Assembly (NCBI RefSeq): GCF_963921235.1
Contig: NC_086097.1
Span: 197,286,001-197,350,000 of the forward strand
DNA: 64,000 nt
From: Mobula hypostoma
Taxonomy: Eukaryota
Direction: 5' to 3'
Below, in pieces: positions 49,690 through 63,457 of this stretch. Below the pieces are notes generated by a model. The model searched no databases, had not been told where the DNA came from, and worked only from the letters and a program-made list of their open reading frames with translations. The position numbers and the translations under genes were made by a program. Numbering within the stretch: position 1 is the first letter of the stretch; every line of letters begins with the position of its first letter.

Positions 49690-52600
49690 TCTGCAGGGTT
49701 ACTGCTTTGTTCAGGGTGTCAGCTGTAGGAATCCTGGGAGACCGCCAGCCTTCCTGATGGCCACATCTGTGCCAGGTGCACCGAGATGCAGCTTCTCAGA
49801 GACCGTGTTAGGGATCTGGAGCTGCAGCTTGATGACCTACTGCTTATTAGGGAAAATGAAAAGGTGATAGACAGGAGCTACAGGGAGGTAGTCATCCCTA
49901 GGCTACAGGGATCAGAAAACTGGGTGACTGTCAGGAGAGGGAAGAAAAATGCCCGAATAGTGGAAAGCACCCCTGTGGCTGCCCCCCTCAGCAATAAGTA
50001 TCTCGTTTTGGATGCTGTTGAGGGAGATGACTTGACAGGGGACGGCCACGGTGACCGGGTCTCTGGCACTGAGCCTGGCGCTGTTGTGCAGGAGGGAAGG
50101 AAGGAGAAGAAGAATGCGGTAATCATACGCGATTCCATAGTCAGGGGAACAGACAGGAGATTCTGTGAGCCTGATAGAGAGACCCGCATGGTGTGTTGCT
50201 TCCCAGGTGCCAGGGTACGGGATGTCTCAGATCAGGTCCAGAATATTCTGAAGGGAGAGGGCATGCAGCCAGTTGTCTTGGTTCATGTTGGTACCAATGA
50301 CATAGATAGGAAAAAGGAGGAGGTCCTGAAGAGAGATTTCTGGGAGAATAGGAAGGAAGCTGAGAAGCAGGACCTCCAGGGTAGTAATTTTGGGATTGCT
50401 ACCTGTGCCACGTGCTAGCGAGGGCAAGAATAGTAGGATCAGGCAGATGAATGCGTGGCTGAGAGACTGGTGCAGGGGGCAGGGCTTCAGATTCTTGGAT
50501 CATTGGGATCTCTTCTGGGGGAAGTATGACCTGTTCAAAAAGGACAGGTTACACCTGAACCCGAAGGGGACCAATATCCTGGCGGGAAGGTTTAATAGAG
50601 CTGTTAGGGAGGGTTTAAACTAATTTGGCAAGGGGATGGGAACCGGAATGATAGAGTGGAGGAGAGGGAAAACAGAAATAAATCTAAGATAGTGAGCAGT
50701 AAAAATGTCAGGAAGGACGGGCAGGGGATGGGGCAAATTTGCAGCCATTGGGATGAGTTGCAGTGCAGTAAAGTTGCAGTACAATCAAAGCAAAAAGTAC
50801 CAAATACTGGACTTAAGGTGTTATACTTAAATGCACACAGCATAAGGATTAAGGTGGATGATCTTGTCGTACAGCTACAGATTGGCAGGTATGATATTGT
50901 GGCCATCACTGAGACATGTCTAAAGGATGCATGTCTCTGGGAGCTGAACGTCCAAGGATACATGGTGTATTGGAAGGATAGGCAGGTAGGCAGAGGGGGT
51001 GGCGTGGCTTTATTGGTAAGAAATTATATTAAATCATTACAAAGAGGTGACATAGGATCGGAAGGTACAGAATCGTTATGGGTTGAGCTAAGAAGTCACA
51101 GGGGTAAAAGGACCCTGATGGCAGTTATATACAGGCCTCCTAACAGCTGCCATGATGAGGACTACAAATTACAACAGGAAGCAGAAAAGGCTTGTCAGAA
51201 GGGCAGTGTTATGATAATTGTGGGGGATTTTAACATGCGAGTGGATTGGGAAAATCAGGTCAGCACTGGATCTCAAGAGAGAGAATTTGTAGAACGTCTG
51301 CGAGATGGTTTTTTAGAACAGCTTGTTGTTGAGCCCAGTAGGGGATCGACTGTACTGGATTGGGTATTGTGTAATGAACCAGAGATGATTACAGAGATTG
51401 AGGTGAAGGAACCCTTAGGGGACAGTGATCATAACATGATTGAGTTCACTGGAAATCTGAGAATGAGAAGCCGAAATCCGATGTGTCGGTATTTCAGTGG
51501 AGTAAAGGAAATTACAGTGGCATGAGAGAGGAACTGGCCAAAGTTGACTGGAAAGGGACACTAGCTGGAAGGACGGCAGAGCATCAGTGACTGGAGTTTA
51601 TTCGAGAAGTGAGGAAGATGCAAGACAGATATATTCCAAAAAAGAAGAAATTTTCTAATGGAAAAAGGATGCAACCGTGGCTGTCGAGAAGTCAAAGCCA
51701 ATGTTAAAGCAAAGGAGAGGGCATACAAGGAAGTAAAAATTAGTGGGAAGACAGAGGATTGGGAAGTTTTTAAAAGCTTGCAAAAGGAAACTAAGAAGGT
51801 CATTAAGAGGGAAAAGATGAAATATGAAAGGAAGCTAGCAAATAATATCAAAGAGGATACTAAAAGCTTTTCCAAGTATGTAAAGAGTAAAAGACAGGTG
51901 AGAGTAGATATAGGACCGATAGAAAATGATGCTGGAGAAATGGTAATGGAGATAAGGAGATGGCAGAGGAACTGAACGAGTATTTTGCATTAGTCTTCAC
52001 TGAGGAAGACATCAGCAGAATACCGGACACTCAAAGGTGTCAGGTAAGAGAAGTGTGTGCAGTCACAATTACGACAGAGAAAGTACTCAGGAAGCTGAAT
52101 AGTCTAAGGGTAGATAAATCTCGCGGACCAGATGGAATGCACCCTCATGTTCTGAAGGAAGTAGCTGTGGAGATTGCGGAGGCATTAGCAATGATCTTTC
52201 AAAAGTCAATAGATTCTGGCATGGTTCCGGAGGACTGGAAGATTGCAAATGTCACTCTGCTATTTAAGAAGAGGGCAAGGAAGCAAAAAGGAAATTAGAC
52301 CTGTTAGCTTGACATAGGTGGTTGGGAAGTTGTTGGAGTTAATTGTCAAGGTTGAGGTTACGGAGTACCTGGAAGCATATAACAAGATGGGCAGAACTCA
52401 GCATGGTTTCCTTAAAGGAGAATCCTGCTTGACAAACCTTTTGCAATTTTTTGAGGAAATTACAAGTAGGCTAGACAAGGGAGATGCAGTGGATGTTGTA
52501 TATTTGGATTTTCAGAAGGCCTTTGACAAGATGCCACACATGCGGTTGCTAAACAAGATAAGAGCCCATGGAATTACGGGAAAGTTACTTATGTGGATAG

Positions 52601-53696
52601 AGCTTTGGCTGATTGGCAGGAAACAGAGAGTGGGAATAAAGGGATCCATTTCTGGTTGGCTGCCGGTTACCAGTGGTGTTCCACAGGGGTCAGTGTTGGG
52701 GCCGCTTCTTTTTACATTGTACATCAACGATTTGGATTATGGAATAGGTGGCTTTGTGGCTAAGTTTGCTGATGATACAAAGATAGGTGGAGGGGCCGGT
52801 AGTGCTGAGGAAACGGAGAGTCTGCAGAGAGACTTGGATAGATTGGGAGAATGGGCAAAGAAGTGGTAAATGAAGTACAATGCTGGAAAGTATATGATTA
52901 TGCACTTTGGTAGAAGAAATAAATGGGCAGACTATTATTTAAATAGAGAGAGAATTCAAAGTTCTGAGATGCAACGGGACTTGGGAGTCCTTGTGCAGGA
53001 TACCCTTAAGGTTAACCTCCAGGTTGAGTCGGTGATGAAGAAGGCGAATGCAATGTTGGCATTCATTTCTAGAGGAATAGAGTATAGGAGCAGGGATGTG
53101 ATGTTGAGGCTCTATAAGGCACTGGTAAGACCTCACTTAGAGTATTGTGTGCAGTTTTGGGCTCCTTATTGAAGAAAGGATGTGCTGACGTTAGAGAGGG
53201 TACAAAGAAGATTCACTAGAATGATTCTGGGAATGAGAGGGTTAACATATGAGGAACGTTTGTCTGCTCTTGGACTGTATTCCTTGGAGTTTAGAAGAAT
53301 GAGGGGAGACATCATAAAAACATTTTGAATGTTGAAAGGCATGGACAGAGTGGATGTGGCAAAGTTGTTTCCCATGGTGGGGGTATGTGCTACGAGAAGG
53401 CATGACTTAAGGATTGAAGAGTGCCCAGTCGGAACAGAGATACGAAGAAAGTTTTTCAGCCAGAAGGTGTTGAATCTGTGGAATTTGTTGCCAATAGCGG
53501 CATTGGAGGTCAGGTCACTGGGTGTATTTAAGACAGAGATTGATAGGTATCTGAGTGGCCAGGGCATCAAAGGTTATGGTGAGAAGGCGGGTGAGTGGGA
53601 CTAAATGGGAGATTGGATCAGCTCATGATACAATGGCGGGGCAGACGAGATGGGCCAAATGGCTGGCTTCTGCTCCTTTGTCTTATGGTCTTATTG
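49690..53696 (+). mobile_element. Near full-length CR1 LINE (ORF1 + ORF2), inactivated
   Basis: ORF1 esterase (DSIVRG, HVGTND, DRLHLN) in ORFs 49786..50623. ORF2 endonuclease (YLNAHSI, ITET, YRPP, GDFN, SDH) and RT (KAFDK, PQGSVLGP, FADD) in frameshifted pieces to 53604. TCTTATGGTC tail. Confidence 0.92.
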
Positions 53697-54242
53697 AGAA
53701 CAAAGTACCCTTTCTCTTTCCATGGGGTGGGGGGGTGGTGGATGTGGTAGGGGAATAGATTATTCATATCTAGAAAATGTTGTGGAAATTAAATGCAATC
53801 ACAAAATGACACAAATAATCTGGTTTTATGCCAAGCTAAGAGTCAAATGATTGATTATATTAATCGATATGCACTGTAAAGATGGGATTAGAGTTTACTC
53901 TTGCAGGAGAACAACTAGCCTTTATAAAATTAATTAGTAGCGCAACAGCTCTGCCATCTTAACCCTTCAAGGCAAAACTTTTCATACAGATCTTTAACAG
54001 TTGGAGTACGCGCCTGTTTTATAAAGCAAGTGGAGCCTCTGGGACTTGTCTACGGAGCGGGATATTGCTTGGGTCAATAATAACGAGTTAATTAGCAAGG
54101 GGCAAGAAAAATAAGTGGGGTTTGAGCAGAGCAGCTGTTTTTGGAGAAGACAGTGTTAGAGTGGTGAGGCTTTGGCTCAACAGGTTTGGGTGGGATCAGG
54201 CACAGATTGATACTTCAGTCTGAGAAGTTAGAGGCATAACAT

Positions 54243-55251
54243 TCCTCAGGGGTTGGTGTTGGGACCACTTCCTTTTATGCTGTATATAAATGATTTAGAT
54301 GATGGAATAGATAGCTTTGTTGCCAAGTTTGCAGATGATATGAAGATTGGTGGAGGGGCAGGTAGTGTTGAGGAAATGGGTAGGATGCAGAAGGACTTGG
54401 ACAGATTAGGAGAATGGGCAAGAAAGTGGAAAATGAAATACAGTGTCGGAAAATGCATGGTCACGTGCTTCGGTAGTAGTAATAAATGTGCGGAGTATTT
54501 TCTAAATGGGGAGAAAATCCAGGAATCTGAGATGCAGAGGGACTTAGAAGTCCTTGTGCAGAACACCCTGAAGGTTACCTTGCAGGGTAAGTTGGTGGTG
54601 AGGAAGGCAAATGCCATGTTAGCATTCGTTTCGAGAGGTCTAGAATACAAGAGCAAGGATGTTATGCTGAGGCTTTATTAGGCACTGGTGAGGCCTCACC
54701 TTGAGTATTGTGAACAGTTTTGGGCCCCTCATCTTAGAAAAGATGTGCTGGCATTGGAGAGGGTCCTGAGGAGGTTCACAAGGATGATTCCAGGAATGAA
54801 AGGGTTATCATACGAGGAACATTTGATAGCTCTGTGTCTCTACTTGCTGGAATTTAGAAGGATAAGGTGGATCTCACTGAAACCTTTTCAATGTTGAAAG
54901 GCTTAGACAGAGTAAATGTGGAAAGGATGTTTCCCATGGTGGGAGAGTCTAGGACAAGAGGGCACAGCCTCAGGATAGAGTGGTGCCCTTTCAAAATAGA
55001 GATGCGGAGAAATTTCTTTTGCCAGAGGATGATGAATTTGTTGCTACAGGTAGCTCTGGAGGCCAGGTCATTGGATGTATTTAAGGCAGAGTATGATAGA
55101 TTCTTGATTGGACATGGCATCAAAGGTTACAGGGAGAAGGTCAGGATATGGAGTTGATGAGGAGATAGAAAAAAGGATCAGCCATGATTGAATGGTGGAG
55201 CAGACTTGATGTGCCAGATGGTGTAATTCTGCTCCTATGTCTTATGGTCTA
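54243..55251 (+). mobile_element. 5'-truncated CR1 nested in the older CR1
   Basis: Starts at the PQG motif (ORFs 54253..55157) and ends with a TGTCTTATGGTCT tail. Confidence 0.85.
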
Positions 55252-56611
55252 ACAAGTGTAGGCAGGATTGTCTTCCAGGCATGGGCATGATCCTTCTGTG
55301 AGATGTGGGATTTCAAAGTGCCTTACATTCTCCCTGATGACTACATTTGCAGGAAGTCACACAACTTCAAATCTTGACTGACAAAATCAAGGAGCTGGAG
55401 CTTGATGCACTCAGGACCATCCGAAAGGCTGAAAACTTTATGGATGAGTTTTTTTTTACTGAGGTGGTCACATCCGGGGTGCAGACTTCAGATAATAGAT
55501 AGGTGACCACCAGAAGAAATTCAGGGGAAGGATGACCTATCATGGCAGAGCAGCAGCAGCCAGGCCAGTGGCAGTATGGCTGGCTCTGAGGCTCAGCAGG
55601 GAAGGGTGAAGTCAGGCAGGGCAGTAGTGATGGGAGACTTAATAGTTAGGGGATGGACAGGAGATTGTGTGGTCGCAAATGAGTAGCCAGAATAGTCTAT
55701 TGCCTCCCAGGTGCTGGGATCCAGGATGTCTTGGAACATTTGCAGAAGATTCTCAAGAGGGAGGAAGAGAAGTCAGAGGTTGTGGTGCACATCGCCACCA
55801 ATGACAGAGGTAGAAGAGGGAAAGAGGTCCTACATGGTGAGAAGAGGGTGTTAAGGAAAAGGTTTGAAGAACAGAACCTCCAAGATGGTAATCTTTGGAT
55901 TATTTCCAGTGCCACCTGCAGTAACAGGTTGATGGTACTGATGAATGAGTGGCTGAGGAAATAGTGTGGGAGTAGAGTTTTAAATTTCTGGATCATTAGG
56001 ATCTCTCCTGGGGAAGATGAGCCCTGGATAAAATGGACAGATTATACTTGAATCTGAGGAGGATCAATATCCTTGCAAGCGGGTTTGCTGGACCTCTTGG
56101 TGAGGGTTTAACTAAGTTGGCAGGGGGATGGGAACTGTTGCGATAGTGCTGAGGGTAGGGCAGTTGGAATACAAGTCAATGCAGTGTGTAATAAGTCTTT
56201 GAAGGTGGACAGGCAGATGATGGAGCAAAATTGCAAACAATAGGATGAAGTGAAGTATAACATGGAGGCAAAATTGAAAAGGGTGAAAATACAGGGCTGA
56301 AGGTATTATATTTGAATGCATGCAGTGCAGAATAAAGTAGATGATGTTGCACAGTGAGAGATTGGCAGGTGTGATGTTGTAGGTATCATTGAGACGTGGC
56401 TGAAAGAAATCATAGTTGGGAGCTTAACGTCCAAGGATACACTGATTTGAAATGACAGGCAGGTAGGCAGAGGGGGTGGAATGGCTGTGTTTGTTAAAAA
56501 ATGAAATCAAATCCTTAGAAAGAGCTGATGTAGGATCAGAAGTTATTAAATCCTTGTAAGTAGAGTTAACAAACTGCAAAATTAAAATGACCCCAATGGG
56601 AGTTCTACAAG

Positions 56612-57828
56612 TGCACCACAAGACTGTGTGATTCATCCCCTGCTCTACTTATGACTATATGGCTACGTACAGCTCCAATGCCATATTCAAGTTTGCTGGT
56701 GACACCACTGTCTTCGGCTGAATCCAAGGTGGTGAAGAATTATCTTATAGGTGGAGAATTGAAAATCTAGCTGAGTGGTGTCATTGCAACAACCTCTCAA
56801 TGTCAGCAAGAGCAAGGAGCTGATTATAGAGCAGGAGAAGGAAAAAGGAGGTTGAAGAGCCAGTCCTCATTAGAGGATCAGAGGTTGTGAGGATGTAGTA
56901 ACTTTAAATTCTGAGCTGCCTTTATTTTGGAGGAACTGTCCTGGGCCCAACATGTAAGTGCAATTACAAAGAAAGCATGATAGCGCCTCTACTTCCTTTG
57001 GAGTTTGTGGACATTTGGTATGACATCTAAAACTTTGACAAACTTCTGTAGATGTGTAGTGGAGAGTATATTGATGGCTGCATCATAGCCTGGTATGGAA
57101 ACACCAATGCTCTTAAATGGAAAATCCTACAAAAAGTAGTGGATTGGGCCCAGACCATCAGAGATAAAGTCCTCCCAGCCATTGAACATATTCACATGAG
57201 AAGCTGTCGCAGGAAAGCAGCATCCATCATCAGGGACCCTCACCCACCCAGGACATGCACTCTTCTTGCTGCTGCCATCAGGAAGAAGGATCAGGAGCAT
57301 CAGGATTCGTACCACCAGGTTCAGGAATAATTACTACCCTCAACCATCAGGTTCTTAATCCAAAGGGGATAACTTTACTCAACTGCACTTACCCCATCAT
57401 TGAAATGTTCCCACAACCAATGGGCTCATTTTCAAGGGCTCTTCACCTCATTCTGGATCGACCGACTGACCTTCCCTCCCTCCTTCCCTCCCTCCTTCCC
57501 TCCCTCCTTCCCTCCCTCCTTCCCTCCCTCCTTCCCTCCCTCCTTCCTTCCCTCCCTCCTTCCTTCCCTCCCTCCTTCCCTCCCTCCTTCCCTCCCTCCT
57601 TCCCTCCCTCCTTCCCTCCCTCCTTCCCTCCCTCCTTCCCTCCCTCCTTCCCTCCCTCCTTCCCTCCTTCCCAATTTGTCTCTGCACGCTGGTTGAGCAC
57701 CTTAGTTGGGTGATCTTTTATTGATTCTGTTATGTTTGTTGTTATATGCCTGTAAGAAGTTGAATCTCAGGGATGCATATGGTGATATATATGTACTTTG
57801 ACAATAACATTTCTGTTGAACTTTGAAC
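56612..57828 (+). mobile_element. Rex1/Babar-type LINE 3' fragment containing a minisatellite
   Basis: YSSNAIFKFAGDTTV and DGCIIAWYGNTNA motifs, ending in a (CTTTGAA)n tail. Confidence 0.75.
57470..57672. repeat. Pure polypyrimidine minisatellite (CCTTCCCTCCCT)n, about 17 units
   Basis: 203 bp containing only C and T on the + strand; source of the spurious PPSF/LLPS/GGRE repeat ORFs. Confidence 0.95.
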
Positions 57829-58897
57829 AGTAGCCAGGATGTGGGATATAAATCTCAACGGGAGACAGAAAAGACTTGTCAAAAGTACATTGTTACGCTA
57901 GTCACGGTGATGGGTGGAGAGATTTCAATATGTAGGTAGATTGGGAAAATCAGGTTGGAGCTGGATCCCAAGAGAGGAAATTTGTTGAATGCCTACAAGT
58001 TGGTTTTTTAGAATAACTTGTGGTTGAGCTCACTAAGGGAAAGGCATTTCTGGATTGGGTGTTGTGTAAATGAGCCAGATGTGATTAGGAAACATAGGTA
58101 AGGGAATGCTTAGGAGACACTGATCAAAATATGACAGGATTCACCATGCAGTTTGAGAGGGAGAAACTAAAGTCAGATGTATCAATATTGCAGTGAAATA
58201 AAGGGAATTGGAGGCTTGAGAGAGGAGCTATTCAAAGTTGATAGGGATGATGGAACAACAGCAGTGGCTGGAATTTCTGGGAGTAATTCAGAAGGTGCAG
58301 GATATGTACTATATATCCCTAGTGGCATTTGGGAAGGTGCAAGATAGATACATCCCAAAGATGAAGTAGTATTCTTAAGGGAGGATGAGACAACCATAGG
58401 TGACAAGGGTAGCTAAAGACAGCATTAAAGCAAAAGAGTGGACATATAATGGAGAAAAAAATTAGTGAAAAGTTAGAAGATTGAGAAGCTTTTTTGAAAA
58501 AAACAACAGAAGGGAACTAAAAATCCGGGGGTGGGGGGTGGCGGGGGTGGGGGGAGAGAAAAGATGAAAACATGAAGCCAAAAATATCAGAGGATAGCAA
58601 ACGTTTATTTTAGATAAAGAGTAAAAGGGAGGTAAAAGTGGATATTGGACTGGCGGAGAAAGATGTTGGAGAGATGGGACAAGGGGATCAAAATGGTGGA
58701 AAATTTAAATATTTTGTGTTGGCCTTTACCATTGAGCACGTCGGGGTCAGAAGTGAGGTGTAGTTGCTATTAGTAAGATGGATCTTGAGAAGTTGAAAGA
58801 TCTGAAGTTAGATAAGTCACATGGACTAGAGAAACTGCACCCCAGGGTTCTGAAAGAGGTAGCTGAAGAATTTGTGGAAGCATTGGTAATGGTTTTT

Positions 58898-59904
58898 CTC
58901 TTTCAATATTTTTATTTATATTATATAAATTGCATGAATACCAATACAAAATTCATAAGAATACAAGTAATATGAATTACATTACGTTTAAATCACAGTG
59001 ATATGATCACAGTATCCCATATTCCAAATCAATCATGTAGAAAAAAAAAGATTGAATAATGAAATAAAATAAAATAATTATATTTTATTATAAAAGAATC
59101 TACCCCCACTACCAAAATGAGCTGGTTGGCAAAAAAAAAGAAAAAAAATACCTTGCCATATAATATAATAATAATGGCTCATCCATACTTTAATAACAGT
59201 TCAAAGATTATGAAAATAACTCAGAAAGGGGCCCCATAACATTAGAAGATCATGTTTAGAATCAGAAATTGAACAACTAATCTTCTCTTGATCAAGGCAC
59301 AACATAACATCAGATAGCCATTGAACATGAGTGGGCAGGGCGGCCTCCTTCCAGTTGAGCAAGATCGTCCTCCTGGCCATGAGAGACATAAAGGCCAATA
59401 CCCGCAAATTAGATGGCTTCAGTTTTGTAATTGTATCCTCAATAATACCAAACATGGTAGTCGAGGGATTGAGGTTAAAGCTAACAGACATTTTCTACAA
59501 GTTCAGATAAGAATATAATAGATACAATTTTTAATCTGAAACCCTTTGACAATGGTTCAATATCTTACATTTATGGTCTGCTGTTGGGACTGAAAAAGGC
59601 CTCTCTAGATAAAATTAAAGGAGACTGGGAAACGGATTTACAGATTTTCATATCTGAAGAGAGCTGGAAGATTATTTTAAAATTGATTAATTCTTCATCA
59701 TTATGTGCTTGTCATTCTTTATTACAATTCAAAGTGGTACATAGAGTTCATATGTCTAAAGACGTTTCTACGCAGATATTTCCCCTTACTGTGATAGATG
59801 TACTAATGGAGTGGCCATACTAATTCATATGTTTTGGATATGTACGAGCCTTGAAAAAATTTGGGAAGATGTATTTCAAACTTTTTCTGTACTTCTCAAT
59901 GTTT
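58898..59904 (-). mobile_element. 5'-truncated and 5'-inverted L1-clade insertion
   Basis: 58898-59485 is the ORF2 C-terminus, 3' UTR and tail on minus. 59486-59904 is the immediately upstream ORF2 part on plus. Diverged TSD GTAATGGTTTTT/GTTATGATTTTT (58886-58897, 59905-59916). Confidence 0.8.
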
Positions 59905-60329
59905 GTTATGATTTTTTCAATAAGTACTAGATTCTGGAATGATTCTGGAGCACTGGAAAATTGCAGATGTCACTCCACTCTTTAAGAAGTTAGGGAGGCA
60001 AAAGAAAGGAAATTATAGGCCAGTCAGCCTTACCTCAGTGGTTGACAAGATGTTGGAGTCATATTAAGGATGATATTTTGGGTACTTGTAGGCATACTGT
60101 ATGATTAAGTAGGCCAAAGTCAGTATTGTTTCCGTAAGGGGAAATCTGTTGCAATTCTTTGAGAAAAGGGGGAGAGTCATTGAATGTTGTTTACTTGGAT
60201 TTCCAGAAGACTTTTGACTAGCTGCCACTCATGAGGCTGCAAACAAGATACGAGCCCATGGTATTACAGGAAAGATGCTTGAAGGTGGATGGAAAATTGG
60301 CTGATTGGCAGGAGGCATGTTTGGTAATT

Positions 60330-61200
60330 AATTGGAGGAAACGTACATAATTCATAGCCTCTGACATTGAGTTGGGGTTCACTTTAAGAGGCTGGTCTGA
60401 CGTGATGATGTAATTATGCAAGGTACTTTTATCGCGCTTTGTGTTCAGTGTTTCGAGTACAATAAATAAGTTGTTATGGTTTCACATTGGTGACCTCAGT
60501 GCTCTCGGACGATTCTAGAGTTATTGAACATGTTGGCCAGTGCAGTCGCTTTGAAACTGCCAGAGTTTTGGGAGCGAAATGCCATTGCTTCGTTTGTACA
60601 AGCTGAGGCCCAATTCACGCTGTGCGAAATCACCACTGAGAACACCAAATATTTCTATGTGGCAGTGTTGCTCAGCAACTCCATGGCTGCGAATGCGTTG
60701 TGTCAACTAGAACATCCACCTGAACACAATAAATATTGATTGCTGAAAACACACCTTTTACAAACTTGTGGACCATCAGTCTGAGCATACCCAACAGCTG
60801 CTGTCCTTGCCCAGCCTTGGTGATGCTAAGCAGTTGGAGCGAATGGAAATCACCATCCTTGTTTTATTTTTAAAGAACTCTTCATGAGCAAATGCCTGAT
60901 CAGTTTGCATAGCCTTCGCTAATGCACCTGAGAAGAGCTCCAGGAGCTGATAGTCTACACTCATCCAGGCAATGGGGCATCATTCCTTCTCCTTTCCCTC
61001 CCTGATTAAACCCAGTCAGCAAGGCCCGCAACAGTACGTGGCTGTGAAACAGATGATGCTGGGTCTGTGTTTTTACTATGATAACTTTGGTACTAATGCT
61101 AGGAAGTATCAACTGCCTTGCAGCTTTGACAGTGCTAGTGCATCGGGACTTCAGGGGTCTACGAACACCATGGGTTCCAGCTGCCAGGGTCATTTTTACG
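60330..61200 (+). mobile_element. Gypsy/Ty3 LTR retrotransposon 5' part (LTR, PBS, decayed gag)
   Basis: LTR ends ...CA at 60486, followed by PBS-like TGGTGACC (60488-60495). gag AVALKLPEFW...FVQAEAQF...TKYFYV and a decayed zinc knuckle LCFYY..FG..AR....PCSF. No pol seen. Confidence 0.8.
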
Positions 61201-61889
61201 ATGGCCCATTCAAATTGCATTTCAGTTTGCATCCATCTTATTTGAAAAGGAAGAGGGTGAGCAGCCAGAAGTCGAGATACGTATTGGTACCAATGACATG
61301 GGTAGAAAAAGGAATGAGGTCCTGAAGAGAGAATATAGAGAGCTTGGTTGGAAGCTGAAAAGCAGAACCTCAAGGGTAGTAATCTCTGGATTGTTGCCTG
61401 TACCATGTACTAGTGGGTGTAAGAATAGAATGATTTGGCAGATGAATGTGTTGCTGATGAATTGATGCAGAAAACAGGGTTTCAGATTTGTGGATCATTG
61501 GGATCTCTTCTGAGAAAGGTATGACCCATACAAAAAGGACACCTGAATGTGAGGATGACCAATATCCTTATGTTTGCTAGAGTTGTTGGGAAGGATTTAC
61601 ACTAATTTGGCAGGGGGATGGGAACCAGAGTAATGGGTCAGAAGATGGGGCAATTGCTATGTAGGTAGATGCAGCATGCAGAGAGACTGTGGAAGGATTG
61701 GCAGTTGAGAGGGCAAAATTGCATTCAGTGGGGTGGGTTGATGTGTGTCTATTTCAATGCAAGAAGTATCGGGAACAGGGATGATGAACTTAGAGCCTGT
61801 GCTCAACCATGAAACAATGAAGCTGTGACTATTATGGAGGCTTGGCTGGCACAAAGGCAGGAATGGCTGGTGAATGTTTCAAGCGGGAG

Positions 61890-62390
61890 GGAAATGTCTT
61901 GTCCTGTCCAAGACCGGAAGAAGCTGCAGAAAATCGTGAACACGGCGCAGCACATCACTCAAACCAATCTTCCGTCTGTGGACTCACTTTACACCGCATG
62001 CTGTTGAAGCAGTGCTGCCAGGATAATCAAGGACACAACCCACCCAGCCAACACACTTTTCATCCCTCTTCCCTCTGGGAGAAGGCTCAGGAGCTTGAAG
62101 ACTTGTACAGCCAGATTTGGGAACAGCTTCTTTCCAACTGTGATAAGACTGCTGAACGGATCCTGACCCGGATCTGGGCTGTACCCTCCAAATATCCGGA
62201 CCTGCATCTCGATTTTTTTGCACTACCTTACTTTCCATTTTTCTATTTTCTATTTATGATTTATAATTTAAATTTTAAAATATTTACTATCAATTTGTAC
62301 TCCAGGGAGCGGGAAGCGCAGAATCAAATATCACTGTGATGATTGTACGTTCTAGTATCAATTGTTTGGCGACAATAAAGTAAAGTAAAA
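61890..62390 (+). mobile_element. Rex1/Babar-type LINE 3' fragment
   Basis: SCPVQDRKKLQKIVNTAQHIT...SFFPTVIRLLN, then AATAAA and an (AGTAA)n tail. Confidence 0.8.
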
Positions 62391-63457
62391 GTGGAGAGGC
62401 AGTGGCATTTCTCATCAGGTTTAATAGCATAGCTGCAGAAAGAGAGGATGTCATGAAGGCATCTGTGGGTGGAAATCAGAAACCGGAAGGGGGCAATCAC
62501 CCTATTGTAAATTTTCTATAGAAACCCCACCCCACCCCACCCCAGTAGCAACAGAGACACTGAGGAACAGAGTGGGAGGAAGATTTTGGAAAGGTGAAAA
62601 AAATTATAGGGTGGTTGTGAGTTATTTCAATTTCAATTTCCTGAATATTGATTGACACCCCCTTAGTGCAAAAGTTTTTAGATGGTGCAGAATTTGTTAG
62701 GAGTGTCCAGGAAGGATTCCTGACACAACATGCAGACAGGCCAACTGGATGAGAGGCCATACTGGTGCGAGGCAATGAACCAGGTTAGGTGTCATATTTC
62801 TTGGTGGGTGAGCATTTCGGAGACAATGACCACTATTCCCTGGCCTTGGAGATTAGTAGGTAGGAGACAGTATTTAATTGGGGGAGGGGAATTGTGATAC
62901 TATTAGTTAAGAACTTGAGGGTATAAATTGGGGACAGATGTACTTGGGAAATACACAAAGGAAATGTGAATGTTGTTTAAGAGTTCCGGATAGAGTTGTC
63001 CAATTGCCCCAACAAAGGATTGTGGGGTGCATGACCATGGTTGCCAAAAGATTAAAGCATCTAGCCACGAGGAAGCAAGGATCAGACAGGGCTCCAGAGA
63101 GTTGAAAGGTATCCAGGGAAGTAGCTGAAGTATAGTATTAGGAGAGCTTGACTGGGGCATGAGAAGGCCTTCGTGAATGAAATTAAGGAAACCCCCCAAA
63201 GTGTCTTACATATATGTGAAGAACAGCAGGATGACAAGAGTGAGCGTATGACTAATCAGGGATAGAAGAGCGAACATGTGCCTGGATCTGGAGGAGTTGG
63301 GGGAAGTTATTAATGAATATTTTGTTTCAGTATTCACCATTGAGGAGGACTTCAACATTTGAGAGGACAGCAAAATGGAAACTAATATGCTTAACATGAT
63401 GATGGTAAGAAAGAGAATGTACTGGAACTTTTGAAAAGCATTAGCATAGGTAAGTCT

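Larger units (their letters stand above)
54040..60320 (+). mobile_element. Older degraded CR1 LINE hosting three nested insertions
   Basis: 5' UTR-like GAGGCTTTGGCTC at about 54167; ORF1 remnant about 55255-56115 (VVVHIATND); ORF2 remnants 56280-56620, 57830-58897 and 59905-60320, collinear with the CR1 at 49690-53696. Confidence 0.75.

Noticed and set aside
49690..53696. Possibly active CR1
   Set aside because: Both ORFs are broken by several frameshifts and stops. No element in this window looks autonomous.
53870..54040. Possible intronic snoRNA or conserved element between CR1 copies
   Set aside because: I could not find convincing C/D or H/ACA boxes with terminal stems; a covariance-model search would be needed.
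57255..57713. Proline-rich or Gly/Glu/Arg-rich repeat ORFs on both strands
   Set aside because: They are translations of the stop-free 12-mer minisatellite, with no splice or homology support.
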